This document shows positions 41,739-50,863 of a stretch of DNA of 64,000 nt, piece after piece. A model generated the notes under the pieces. That model was not told the origin of the DNA and did no database searches. It saw nothing but the letters and a program-made list of their open reading frames with translations. Location of the stretch: IMG/VR virus record IMGVR_UViG_3300050120_000361, positions 1-64,000 of that record; one strand, 5' to 3'. Position numbers and translations under genes: made by a program. Positions within the stretch are counted from its first letter, which is position 1, and each line of letters begins with the position of its first letter.

Positions 41739-44700
41739 TCAGTTTATGTCTATGTACATGGAACCCTTTTCTGAGGGGATTACTTGAAACGCATGAGTCT
41801 CGAACATCTGCTCGAGGTTGTGGTCTATTACAAAGAGGTTCTTGGACTCAAAGCGGTTCAGAAGCGTTATGAACATCTCCTGATAATTCACTATATTCTC
41901 CTTTTTAGAGAGTTCTTTGCCGCTGTTGAGCTGACCCGAGAGCTCGTCTATGAATATGCATGAAACACTGTTCTTGACATTCAGGGTGGATATGGCGTAT
42001 ATTAGCGCAAGTCCCTGGAATGCTGTTTCCATGCCTGATACGAGCTGAACCGGCCTGAATACGGCGTGGCCGTCTTTCATCTCCACCATGTAAAGCTCGC
42101 CGCTCTCGTCCCAGAACAGTTTGAAGCTGAGCCCCTCAAGCAGCAGGTTGAGCGTGTTGTTCAAAAAGCTCCTGTAGTAGTTGAACACTATGTCCTTAAA
42201 GTCCCGCTTGATGAGCTTCTCGTATATCGCAAAAACCATGGACTTGCGCTGCCACTCCACGTACTCTCTGATGAGCTTCTCATTGGACTCTATCTTGAGT
42301 TCGTGCCTTTGGAGCGCGAGGCTGTGCTGCGCCCGTTGCGTGTTCATGACCGACATTGACTCGTTTTCGTCTCGCTCATTCCTTTCTTGCTCGTCAAGCC
42401 CGGCCACCGCCTCATCCCACATAGGCTCCTTAAGCCTCAGGTTTTCAAGAGTGGATGCCTCCAAAGCGTGTGTCTGCTTCAGCTGGTCAATGCTACGGTT
42501 GTGCTCATCGACAGTGAGGTTGTGCCGGCGCACGGCGTCCAAGGCTTCGTTGTGCGTCTTTAGCCTGTCGCCGTATGACTTCAAATCCTTTGAGTACTTT
42601 TCCGTGGCTTCGGTTGCCGCCCTGACTATTTTCTCAATGCCCTGGTACAGCAGGGCCATCTTGTCTGATGAGTCCTTTGCGCCTTTGGTCCACATATCCA
42701 ATTTGGCCTTGGCACCGGCCTGCTCATCGAACACCAGCAGTGTGGCGTCCTTTCGCAGGGTCACCTCCCGAAGCGCGGCGAGCTTGGTAAGCCTTGCGGT
42801 AATCACGTCCAATTCGATGTACAGGTTCTCATCGGCGCTGTAGTCCTTCTTCTGCTCCTTAGCGGCTTCGGCCGTTGTTTTGAGCCTGTTCCACTTGTCC
42901 CTTGCAGTCACGGTCGCGACAGCCAATGGGCGTATCGCGTCATTGTAGGACGCGTGCTCAGCAAGCACTGTATTCCAGTCGCTTTCAGCCGAGGCCACGC
43001 TTGCAAGTATTCCGTAGGTGTCGACATGCGTCTTCGCCGCTGCGGCGAGGCTTTGCTGCTTTTCCAGTTCAGGAGTGATTTGCGTCAACTCTATCACTAT
43101 CGCCTCATTGTCGTCCTTTAGCCGCTGCTTGAGAACCTCCCAATGCCCGGCATCCCCTGATATTGGTTTATTGCAGGTGGGGCATATGCCCGACTCGAGC
43201 TGATTTTTGTTGGAAGACAGCCTGTCGCTGAGCGCTTTCTGCCTGTCCTTGATTTCCTGGACCTTCTCATTGAATGTCTTTTCCTTGGCCTGCAGGACTT
43301 CGTGCGTTTCCCTCACCGCATCGAGGTAAGCGCCACCTGCGGTGTCAAGCTCTATTTTTGCGGTTGCCGCTGCATTGGCGTAGTCCTGTTCGATGCGCCA
43401 GTACTCCTTTGTAACCTCCTCCCAGCCTCCGTCAATTTCCGCTTGTGTCTGCTTCTCGAGGATGTCCCACATGGCGGCTATGTCATCAGCGTATGCTTCA
43501 TTTACCGTCTTCAGCGCGCCTATTTCATCAGCAAGTATTTCAATCTCTTCCTTATCAGCTTCTTTGGTGTCAGGCTCAATTGGCTCGGTTTCAGTGAATA
43601 TCGGCTCTTCCCGCTTTTCCCTGCTTTCGAATGAGTCCACGGCCGCCTTGGCGTTATCCACCTTGACCTGCTGCTCCTTAATGAGCGTTGGCACGTTGCC
43701 CAATTCGAGCTTTTTCTGGTGGCCCTCGGCTATTGCCCGCCTTATGTGATTGAGCCTGTTTTCTGTGAATGCCTTGGAGTCGTCGAGCAGCTCAATTTTG
43801 TTCTGGGCGGCGTTCCTGTCGGCAATCGCCATTATTATCTCCTCCTTGAGCTGGGTCATGTTCACCTTTGGCTTAACGAGGTCGTAGTATGACTTGACCG
43901 ACGCGAGGTTGCCTTCAAGCACCTGCAGGTAGTCTACGCCTATGTAGTTCAGGACCATTTGGGTCAGCTCCGCGGGCGGCATGTTCAGCATCGACAGTAT
44001 CTTCGCCTGGTTCAGTATCATTATGGTATTCGGAACCTCACCGAACCATCTGTCCAATAGCTGCTGGGCCTCGTCGCCTATCTTCTCCACTGGCTCCGCG
44101 CCCTCCTTGTGAACCTGAAGCTTCAGGTTCCGCGTCACGCCGCTCACGTACTGCTTCCAATTCAGGGAGCGCTTCATCTCGTCTGTGGTGTTCTGCTTCC
44201 ACGCGCGCTGCGCCCAGCGTATCGCGTGCACCTTTGTGCCGTTTGCGCGGAATATGAGCCTTACCATTATGGTGTCAATCTCCGGAAGCTTGTCGTTGAA
44301 CAGGTGCAGTGAGTTCTGAACCTTCTTGGCCTTCGGCATGCCCTCCATTATCTCGTCCTTCAGCACCCACCGCAGCATATTGTACATGGTGGTCTTGCCT
44401 ATTCCATTGGTGCCGGTTATGCGTGTCAGTCCTGGTATGTTCAGCTTTATCTTGTTTTTGCCGAGGGCCATGAAGCAGTTGCACTCGATGCTCTCGAGCT
44501 CGTTCACGTAGTTTGAGGTCTTGGTCAATGAGTTCGAGAGTTGCTCAGAGAACAATTGCCTTATCTCGGCCAGTATCTCATTGACGTCCTCCTCCTCAAC
44601 GAACTCCTTCTCAATCGTTTTCTTGTGTCCTTCGAGCACCTTGACGAACAGTGCGTGCAGCTTGGCCTCATCGAGTACCATCTCATCCATGGTTTCTTCA

Positions 44701-45827
44701 GGCTCTTCACCCTCTCCTTCCGTAACGGCCTCAGTAGGTTGGACTTCGCTTTGGTTCATTACGAACTTGTCGTACTGGCAGTTAACTGAAACGGTTCCCA
44801 TCCGCTGCGAGCCGAGCTCGTGCGTCACGCGTATCAGTTCGAGCTCGTGCTTTGAGTAGGTGCTCGAGAGCTTGAACTTTATGAACGTGTTGCACGTTCC
44901 CCAAACGCTGTCGAGCCTGAGCACCGCGAGAACCTGCTGCAGCCAGTTCTCAGAAACCGATGAGGTAGTCATGTCGAACGTCACGTAGCTTATCAGGTTT
45001 GTAAGCGGCTCATCCCTTACGGTCCATGAGCCGTTCTCGATGTCTATTATCTTGACTACCTTTTGGTCGCCTACCGCCAGTCCGGGCTTGTTGCGGACCT
45101 TGGCGAATGTGCCCTCGGAGTGGTCGCGCTGTATAGGCGAGCCTGGATATATGAAGGTTTTGGACTTGTCGATGCTCTGGACCGTCCAGTTCACGTGAAT
45201 GTCCCCTGCGAGGGTAAGCGTGGAGAGGAAGTCCTCAACGGACGCGAGCCTCTCGTACCTGTCCTTCTTTACCGGAAGCTTTGTGGCGTCAACGTACTCC
45301 CGCAGAATGTCGTGGTACACGCATATGTTGAAGGTGTAGGGGTCTATGCCTTCCGCCTTGATGTTAGCCCCGTTTGACGGCCCGTCCTCCAAAGAGTAGG
45401 AAATCCATCCGAGCCCTTCAACCCGTGACCTGTAGTACCGCTGCTCCTTCAGGTAGGTCACCTTCTTGCTGAGCTCGGGCTCAAGCTTGTCTATGAACGA
45501 CTTGAACGTGTCAACGGCGTTGTGCCCCTTCTCGGCCTCAAGCGCCTTCCGCATGTCGTGAAGGTCGTGGTTGCCGTTCATTACGCAAATCTCAACCAGG
45601 GTGGGTATCGCAAGGCATTCTGACAGGTGGTTGTATATCGCCTTCTTCTCAGCGTCATTCGAGGCCGCATACTCCGTAAGGTCGCCGGCCAGCAGGTATA
45701 CCTCAACGCCCTCGCGAACGATAATGTCCCGTATCTCCGCAAGCACAGAGGCGTACGGCTTGGTCAGGTCCCGCTCGCGCAGCTTGACCTGGATGTCTGC
45801 TGTGTGCAGTATTCTTGTTTTCAGCAT
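41739..45827 (-). CDS. fused SbcD/Mre11 nuclease - SbcC/Rad50 ATPase (gp47-gp46-like)
   Basis: HTADIQ, AGDL, GNHD, AGDIH; GTNGIGKTT, coiled coil with CPTC hook, VSGME signature, FIDE Walker B. Confidence 0.9.
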   Translation of the reverse strand: MLKTRILHTADIQVKLRERDLTKPYASVLAEIRDIIVREGVEVYLLAGDLTEYAASNDAEKKAIYNHLSECLAIPTLVEICVMNGNHDLHDMRKALEAEKGHNAVDTFKSFIDKLEPELSKKVTYLKEQRYYRSRVEGLGWISYSLEDGPSNGANIKAEGIDPYTFNICVYHDILREYVDATKLPVKKDRYERLASVEDFLSTLTLAGDIHVNWTVQSIDKSKTFIYPGSPIQRDHSEGTFAKVRNKPGLAVGDQKVVKIIDIENGSWTVRDEPLTNLISYVTFDMTTSSVSENWLQQVLAVLRLDSVWGTCNTFIKFKLSSTYSKHELELIRVTHELGSQRMGTVSVNCQYDKFVMNQSEVQPTEAVTEGEGEEPEETMDEMVLDEAKLHALFVKVLEGHKKTIEKEFVEEEDVNEILAEIRQLFSEQLSNSLTKTSNYVNELESIECNCFMALGKNKIKLNIPGLTRITGTNGIGKTTMYNMLRWVLKDEIMEGMPKAKKVQNSLHLFNDKLPEIDTIMVRLIFRANGTKVHAIRWAQRAWKQNTTDEMKRSLNWKQYVSGVTRNLKLQVHKEGAEPVEKIGDEAQQLLDRWFGEVPNTIMILNQAKILSMLNMPPAELTQMVLNYIGVDYLQVLEGNLASVKSYYDLVKPKVNMTQLKEEIIMAIADRNAAQNKIELLDDSKAFTENRLNHIRRAIAEGHQKKLELGNVPTLIKEQQVKVDNAKAAVDSFESREKREEPIFTETEPIEPDTKEADKEEIEILADEIGALKTVNEAYADDIAAMWDILEKQTQAEIDGGWEEVTKEYWRIEQDYANAAATAKIELDTAGGAYLDAVRETHEVLQAKEKTFNEKVQEIKDRQKALSDRLSSNKNQLESGICPTCNKPISGDAGHWEVLKQRLKDDNEAIVIELTQITPELEKQQSLAAAAKTHVDTYGILASVASAESDWNTVLAEHASYNDAIRPLAVATVTARDKWNRLKTTAEAAKEQKKDYSADENLYIELDVITARLTKLAALREVTLRKDATLLVFDEQAGAKAKLDMWTKGAKDSSDKMALLYQGIEKIVRAATEATEKYSKDLKSYGDRLKTHNEALDAVRRHNLTVDEHNRSIDQLKQTHALEASTLENLRLKEPMWDEAVAGLDEQERNERDENESMSVMNTQRAQHSLALQRHELKIESNEKLIREYVEWQRKSMVFAIYEKLIKRDFKDIVFNYYRSFLNNTLNLLLEGLSFKLFWDESGELYMVEMKDGHAVFRPVQLVSGMETAFQGLALIYAISTLNVKNSVSCIFIDELSGQLNSGKELSKKENIVNYQEMFITLLNRFESKNLFVIDHNLEQMFETHAFQVIPSEKGSMYIDIN

Positions 45828-46111
45828 TTTATGAGTGGTTTAGCTTTTTCGTATTTGTCCGCGTACAGATGCGGTAGGTTGTACTCGAATGTCTTGAACG
45901 ACTCGAGTATTTTCCACTTATCAGTGAGCGACACTATGTCGCCGTACATTATGCACAAATCCCTTCCACTATCAGATAGTGGAAGGGCGGTTAGTTTGAT
46001 GCGCTTTTCGTAGTTGGTTTCGGTTACGGCTTCCGCCGTGAAATCCAGTATATGCCCCGTGGGGAAGACGGCTATGGCCTCACGAGCCTGAAGCGTGAGT
46101 ATCGTTATCAT
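45821..46111 (-). CDS. hypothetical protein
   Basis: 96 aa. Confidence 0.65.
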   Translation of the reverse strand: MITILTLQAREAIAVFPTGHILDFTAEAVTETNYEKRIKLTALPLSDSGRDLCIMYGDIVSLTDKWKILESFKTFEYNLPHLYADKYEKAKPLIKC

Positions 46112-46335
46112 GGCTTAATCAGTGTATCGAACTTTGAGGCGGCTTCAGTCCTTATATGGGCGAGTATCTCCTTACCCCTATCGGACAGGCACCGCATTGT
46201 TGGATTAAATGCATGGTCCAACAGGCCCCTGTTATGCATTGACCTAAGGTCGCTTTCGAGCATTAGTGGAGGCATCTCACTGTTCTCCTCGAGCCACAGC
46301 ATTGCTATAAGCTCGGCATTGGTCATATCCCTCAT
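46108..46335 (-). CDS. hypothetical protein
   Basis: 75 aa, ATGA coupling. Confidence 0.65.
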   Translation of the reverse strand: MRDMTNAELIAMLWLEENSEMPPLMLESDLRSMHNRGLLDHAFNPTMRCLSDRGKEILAHIRTEAASKFDTLIKP

Positions 46336-46892
46336 ATGCTTCCAAAGTTTGGTATCTCCCTGTTGTAGTTTTCAAGCTTGGTGAGCTTTTCGTTCATGAT
46401 TATCTCGGCCTGCGTGTCGCTGAACCTGAAAAGGGCGCACAGCCTGTAGATATGGCACCTTACCTCCATGATGCCCTCGGCCATCGGGCCGAAGTCCTTT
46501 GTCGACTTGCGCTTTGTCACAAACTGCACGAGCATGCGCGCGAGTGCCGTGAAAGAGGAGACCGAGTTGAAGGTTCCGGAACTGTGCTCCCAATGCCCGT
46601 GCATCTCAATCTCCTTATCGATTTCCATGCGGTCCTTTATCAGTATGTCCTTTTCAGGGCTGCCGTGCCTTTCCTGCATAGCGGCGATAACGAGCATCAC
46701 GTCGCAGAGTTCCACGCAAACGTCATGGACTTGCTTGCGCCTGCCTACCTTAACGTCCGCGAACTTCAGGTACTTAAGAAGCTCCTCGGACAGTTCGAGA
46801 AGCTCCTCGGACGCCTTCATCAGCAGGTACTGGTCCGAGTGCTTGGAAGTTGCGTTCAGGAGGCGCTGCTTGACTGTACTGCTGAGTATCAT
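46332..46892 (-). CDS. MazG-like NTP pyrophosphohydrolase (tandem domains)
   Basis: KASEELLEL...VELCDV motif plus degenerate second copy; start 46892. Confidence 0.7.
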   Translation of the reverse strand: MILSSTVKQRLLNATSKHSDQYLLMKASEELLELSEELLKYLKFADVKVGRRKQVHDVCVELCDVMLVIAAMQERHGSPEKDILIKDRMEIDKEIEMHGHWEHSSGTFNSVSSFTALARMLVQFVTKRKSTKDFGPMAEGIMEVRCHIYRLCALFRFSDTQAEIIMNEKLTKLENYNREIPNFGSI

Positions 46893-47149
46893 TCGCCTTC
46901 TCCTTCCGCCTTCTTCTTGGCCTTTTCGTACTTCTTCTTGGTGTACGACACGACCCCGCGAAGGCTGCTGAACGTCATTCGGAACGGTATCCAGATGGGG
47001 CATGTAAGCAGGGTGTACTTCACTATTATTACCACAAGCCACCAAACGGCCGGCAGTATCAGGAACATCCACCAGTGGTTGAAGCCGGTGATGTCATCCT
47101 TGACGCCTTCGAGCATGTACTGAAGGTAGTCGGTTAGCAGTTTCTCCAT
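46889..47149 (-). CDS. small membrane protein
   Basis: 86 aa, hydrophobic core. Confidence 0.7.
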   Translation of the reverse strand: MEKLLTDYLQYMLEGVKDDITGFNHWWMFLILPAVWWLVVIIVKYTLLTCPIWIPFRMTFSSLRGVVSYTKKKYEKAKKKAEGEGE

Positions 47150-47153
47150 AGCG

Positions 47154-47975
47154 TTACATTTTCGTTGGCGGTACGATGCGTCTCCAGTGCGTTATGTCCT
47201 TGTTGTCGTACGCCCAGCCCGTGTTGTTCCAGGTCTGGTACTGCTGCTTCTTGCAGCCCGCGCGGTAAACCTCGTACTTTCCGTACTCCTTAGGCTTATC
47301 GTCTACCATCCTTACCCATCCTTTGTCCTCAAGGCTTGCCGGCGCAGTGCTGGCAGTCTCGACATCGGCCACAGGGTCGCACCGAAGAAGGTCCACGAAG
47401 CGGTACCCGTGTATGTTGCCCTCTGATGGCTGGTGGACCTCCTCGTTCAGTTCACGCCAGCCGTAGGGCCAGTCAGGCATTCCAGGAAATATTACGTACT
47501 CATTGTCTCCATGCGCATAAACCGTGGTGGCAATAACTGTCATGTGGAACACATCTATTACGTCCATTTCCAGAAACTTGGACCATATCTCAGAGCCTCC
47601 TATTACGTATGCGGTCATTGCCCTTTCATTGCCCTCCTGCATCAGCGCCCCAGCGAACAGCTGCGAGGCTATCTGCAAAGCACGCTCAGGGCTGTTCACG
47701 AGTATGGTCTCCCCATCAACCTGGTACCCCACGCGACGTGAAATCACTATGTTGTACCTGTCCTTCAGCGCTTTGCTGCCCATGCTCTCATAGGTCTTGC
47801 TGCCCATTATGACTATATTGCCCGTGGTTAACGCTTTGAAGCGGGCCATATCCGCCTTTTGCGTGCCGAATTTCCACGGCAACCGGCCGTTAATTCCCAC
47901 CACATTGTCGGCAGTTGTTGCCCCTATGCCGTGCACCGCCATTTTCGGCACCGCCCTGTTCTCATTCTCAATCAT
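47154..47975 (-). CDS. folA: dihydrofolate reductase with DUF551-like C-terminal domain
   Basis: VVGINGRLPW, DMARFK, IMGSKTY, L..R.NIVIS, IGGSEI; tail ends ITHWRRIVPP. Confidence 0.9.
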   Translation of the reverse strand: MIENENRAVPKMAVHGIGATTADNVVGINGRLPWKFGTQKADMARFKALTTGNIVIMGSKTYESMGSKALKDRYNIVISRRVGYQVDGETILVNSPERALQIASQLFAGALMQEGNERAMTAYVIGGSEIWSKFLEMDVIDVFHMTVIATTVYAHGDNEYVIFPGMPDWPYGWRELNEEVHQPSEGNIHGYRFVDLLRCDPVADVETASTAPASLEDKGWVRMVDDKPKEYGKYEVYRAGCKKQQYQTWNNTGWAYDNKDITHWRRIVPPTKM

Positions 47976-48015
47976 TGTCAGTGAATTTAGTGTAACTAAT
48001 TTTTGGTGTGGAAAC

Positions 48016-48052
48016 AAAAAAGGGCCCCACAGATTGCTCTCGGGACCCGTTT
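48016..48052 (-). terminator. terminator after acidic protein
   Basis: GGGCCCC/GGGACCC stem with sense-strand U6 tract. Confidence 0.55.
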
Positions 48053-48091
48053 CTCTGGTTAAACAAATCGGTTCAATCCTAAAACCGAAGG

Positions 48092-48310
48092 TTAGTCTTC
48101 TGAAGCCGTGTCGGCGTCTTCGTCTTCGTCTTCGGCGTCAGACGGGTCTGCGTCATCCTCGGTCAAATCCTCATCGGCCGGTTCGGCGTCAGACAAATCG
48201 TCATCGGATGTTGCGGCTTCGTCTCCGCCAGTTGTTTCTTCAGCTGCTTCGCTGGTTCCAGTTGTTTCTTCGTTTTCGTCGAATTGCTCTTCGCCTTGGT
48301 TGATGTTCAT
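48092..48310 (-). CDS. hyper-acidic 72-aa protein
   Basis: 33 D/E, no K/R/H; own promoter and terminator. Confidence 0.75.
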   Translation of the reverse strand: MNINQGEEQFDENEETTGTSEAAEETTGGDEAATSDDDLSDAEPADEDLTEDDADPSDAEDEDEDADTASED

Positions 48311-48361
48311 CGCTTTTGGATTTTGTTGTTTATGGTTTTTGTTAGTTACTTATTAGTATTC

Positions 48362-48390
48362 ATATCCCATTGGGCTTTACGGTTATAGGG
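48362..48390 (-). promoter_or_regulatory. phage promoter-like motif
   Basis: CCCTATAA-N14-GGGATAT. Confidence 0.75.
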
Positions 48391-48406
48391 CGGCGGACCG
48401 CAAATT

Positions 48407-49327
48407 TTAATACCCTCCCGGCCTGTTCTGACGCTCTATGTTGTGCGCGTTCTTGCTGAAATACATATTCACAATGTCCTGCATTCCCATTCCCATAACC
48501 TTAGCCATTTTGAGCAGTGCCACAAGGGCCTCGCACCACACGGAATGTATTTCCTGCTCCTCAACGAATGTTCTTTCGCCCATTGGTGAGCCATTTATAA
48601 AGTCGAACAATATCAAATACTGCTGCTGCCACTCCTTCTGCCTGTTGTCAATGTATGTCAGCAACATCGCATTGTTGCTTCGGTACGACTCCCACGGCGC
48701 ACCCTTGCCTATGTGGGCATACATCGAAAGCGACCAAGCGGGCATGCCCGTACCTCCAAAACGTGGCGCGCCCTTGACCGTTGAGCCGTAGGCCATCCAG
48801 ATGTCCCTTCCCTCTATTCCGAAAGCGTGCCCAACGTTGAAGTGAAAGTGCAGCAGGTCTATCAGTTCAAACCAAGCCTCAAGCCTGTCAGTATCCGTAA
48901 GATGCGAAAAGCCGTCGGCCTGCGCCTTTTTGTGGTCTGATTTCCATGTCTTCCAGAAAGCCATGCCCCACTTGGACATTCCGCCAAGGGCTGTATACAA
49001 TTCTCTGATTTCGTCCTGTTGAGCGTTCCAGTTCCAATTCACGAATTCCATCAGCTTATTCTCATCCGCTTGCAAGGAGTCAAAGTCTATTTTGTAAACG
49101 TCTCGCTGCACCTCGTATTGAAGCTGGTATATTGCTCCCAAACCGTCTCTGCCACTACGGGCGAGTTCAGACCATTTGTCAATTACTTGCAGGCCGGCGC
49201 ACGACTGAAAGTTCGCTGCTATGCCCTTTTCCGTTTCAAGCGTGAATTCTTCTGATTTAAAAGCATCCGGCATCCCGTCCATCATTTGGACCAGCCTGTC
49301 ATCATCCATGTTTTTTCTTTCTTCCAT
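48407..49327 (-). CDS. dimeric (all-alpha) dUTPase
   Basis: DEIREL, FWKTWK, ELIDLLHF, Y..KN..N..RQ..GY. Confidence 0.8.
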   Translation of the reverse strand: MEERKNMDDDRLVQMMDGMPDAFKSEEFTLETEKGIAANFQSCAGLQVIDKWSELARSGRDGLGAIYQLQYEVQRDVYKIDFDSLQADENKLMEFVNWNWNAQQDEIRELYTALGGMSKWGMAFWKTWKSDHKKAQADGFSHLTDTDRLEAWFELIDLLHFHFNVGHAFGIEGRDIWMAYGSTVKGAPRFGGTGMPAWSLSMYAHIGKGAPWESYRSNNAMLLTYIDNRQKEWQQQYLILFDFINGSPMGERTFVEEQEIHSVWCEALVALLKMAKVMGMGMQDIVNMYFSKNAHNIERQNRPGGY

Positions 49328-49331
49328 AATA

Positions 49332-50288
49332 TCAAACGGCTATTTTCGCTGGTATGTGCGGGTATGACTTGTAGTCGTAAATCTTGAGGTCTTGCAGGCC
49401 GTTTTCGAGCATGTCGTCCAGCCAGTGGTCTACCTCGAAGTCCCTGCGCGTGTAGGACGGCGCTATGAACAGGCTCGTCTTCCTCCCTATGAGCCTTTCC
49501 GGGTCGTTAACCCAATTGTCGAGGTACTTCCGCACGGCCTCCTCGTGGTTGAGGTACATGTGGTAGTCGGCTATCTGATAGTGTATGTGGCCGCACGGTA
49601 TGCCCACCATTTCGGATATTGCCCTGAAGAACATCGTGAAAAGCACGAAGTCGTACGGTATTCCCAGAAAGCTGTCGCCGCTTCGCTGCGTGACGTGCAT
49701 GTCCATCATAGGCGCGTCAGTCTCCTGGTCCAGATACACGCCCACCTGGTACATTAGGTGGCACGGCGGAAGCTTCTGCAGGTGGAGTTCCGTAGGGTTC
49801 CACAGGCTCATCATGTGGCGCCTGCTGTCCGGGTTGTTGCGTATGGAGTTTATCAGGTCTGAGAACTGGTCCTTTCCGCCGAAGTCGCGCATCTGCTTCC
49901 CGTATATAGGGCCCAACTGACCGTTCTCGTCCGCCCAGTCGTCCCAGTAGTGCACGTTGCGCTCGTGCAGGAACTGCAAGTCCGTGCGGCCCTTCATCAT
50001 CCAGAAAGCCTCAATGAATATCTTCTCTCCGTGTATCTTCTTGCCGTTCAGCATTGGAAGCGCCCCCTCGCGCACGTCGAGTCGGAAGTGCTGCCCCTGA
50101 ACCTTAATGGTTCCCGTTCCCGTGCGGTCCGCCGAGGGCCTTCCGTAGTTGAGCAGGTTGACGAGCGATGCCGCGTACTGCGCCTCGAAGTTCTCTTGAA
50201 ACAGCGTATCGTATCGGTCGGACTGCTGTATGAGGTATTGACCCATTTTGTGGGTTTCAAACCATTTTAGGTTTTTGCTGTTTTCCAT
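49332..50288 (-). CDS. thyA: thymidylate synthase
   Basis: DRTGTGT, WD.WA, LGPIYG.Q.R, DSRR, LPPCH, QRSGD.FLG.P.D. Confidence 0.95.
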   Translation of the reverse strand: MENSKNLKWFETHKMGQYLIQQSDRYDTLFQENFEAQYAASLVNLLNYGRPSADRTGTGTIKVQGQHFRLDVREGALPMLNGKKIHGEKIFIEAFWMMKGRTDLQFLHERNVHYWDDWADENGQLGPIYGKQMRDFGGKDQFSDLINSIRNNPDSRRHMMSLWNPTELHLQKLPPCHLMYQVGVYLDQETDAPMMDMHVTQRSGDSFLGIPYDFVLFTMFFRAISEMVGIPCGHIHYQIADYHMYLNHEEAVRKYLDNWVNDPERLIGRKTSLFIAPSYTRRDFEVDHWLDDMLENGLQDLKIYDYKSYPHIPAKIAV

Positions 50289-50297
50289 CAGGTATGG

Positions 50298-50863
50298 TTA
50301 TGAGGGCCTCGTGAATTTCATGGCCGGTCTTTCTATCCTGCAGAAATGCGTGGGTATAAAAGGGTGCAATTGCTTGTTCTTCCTGTAAGTGTCGTTCAGA
50401 ACCGTGTCGCCGGAACCGTGTCGCCGGAACCGTGCTCGCTTTCGAAGCGGAACCCTTTCTTGTCTATGCCCATTAGCTTGCCAACCGTGAACAGCTCCGT
50501 TGTCCTGTCTTCATGGTCCCCATCCTCTTCGAGGAACATCGCCAAAAAGACGCGCTCTTCGAATTCTGGCCTGTTGCTGCTGTCGAGTTTAATCCATTCC
50601 ATATTTTTAATCATTGATGCCATATCCCATTTGTGTTTTCTGTAGGTGCCCCTGCCGACCTTTCCCCATATCGGAAGCCAAACCTTTTCGCAGAACTGCA
50701 TGCAATCGGCGCACAGGTAAAGTTCGGGGTCTCCCAGGCATGCTGGCACGACCTTTACCTGTGCGCAGTGGCAGTGCGATTTGGCCACGCTCATTCCGTT
50801 GTGCGGGTTCTCGGGGTTCAGGGCCTCTATCCCGAAATTTGGCTTATTGTCCCTGTTCCCCAT
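50298..50863 (-). pseudogene. DUF551-like gene truncated by a 14-bp tandem duplication
   Basis: as sequenced stops at 50396; removing one 14-mer restores ...PTHFCRIERP... to TAA at 50298. Confidence 0.65.
50401..50434. repeat. 14-bp tandem repeat (ACCGTGTCGCCGGA x2.4)
   Basis: read directly. Confidence 0.9.

Noticed and set aside
50401-50434. DGR template/variable repeat or retron element
   Set aside because: It is a perfect short tandem repeat with no adenine-specific mismatches, and no reverse transcriptase is present in the window.
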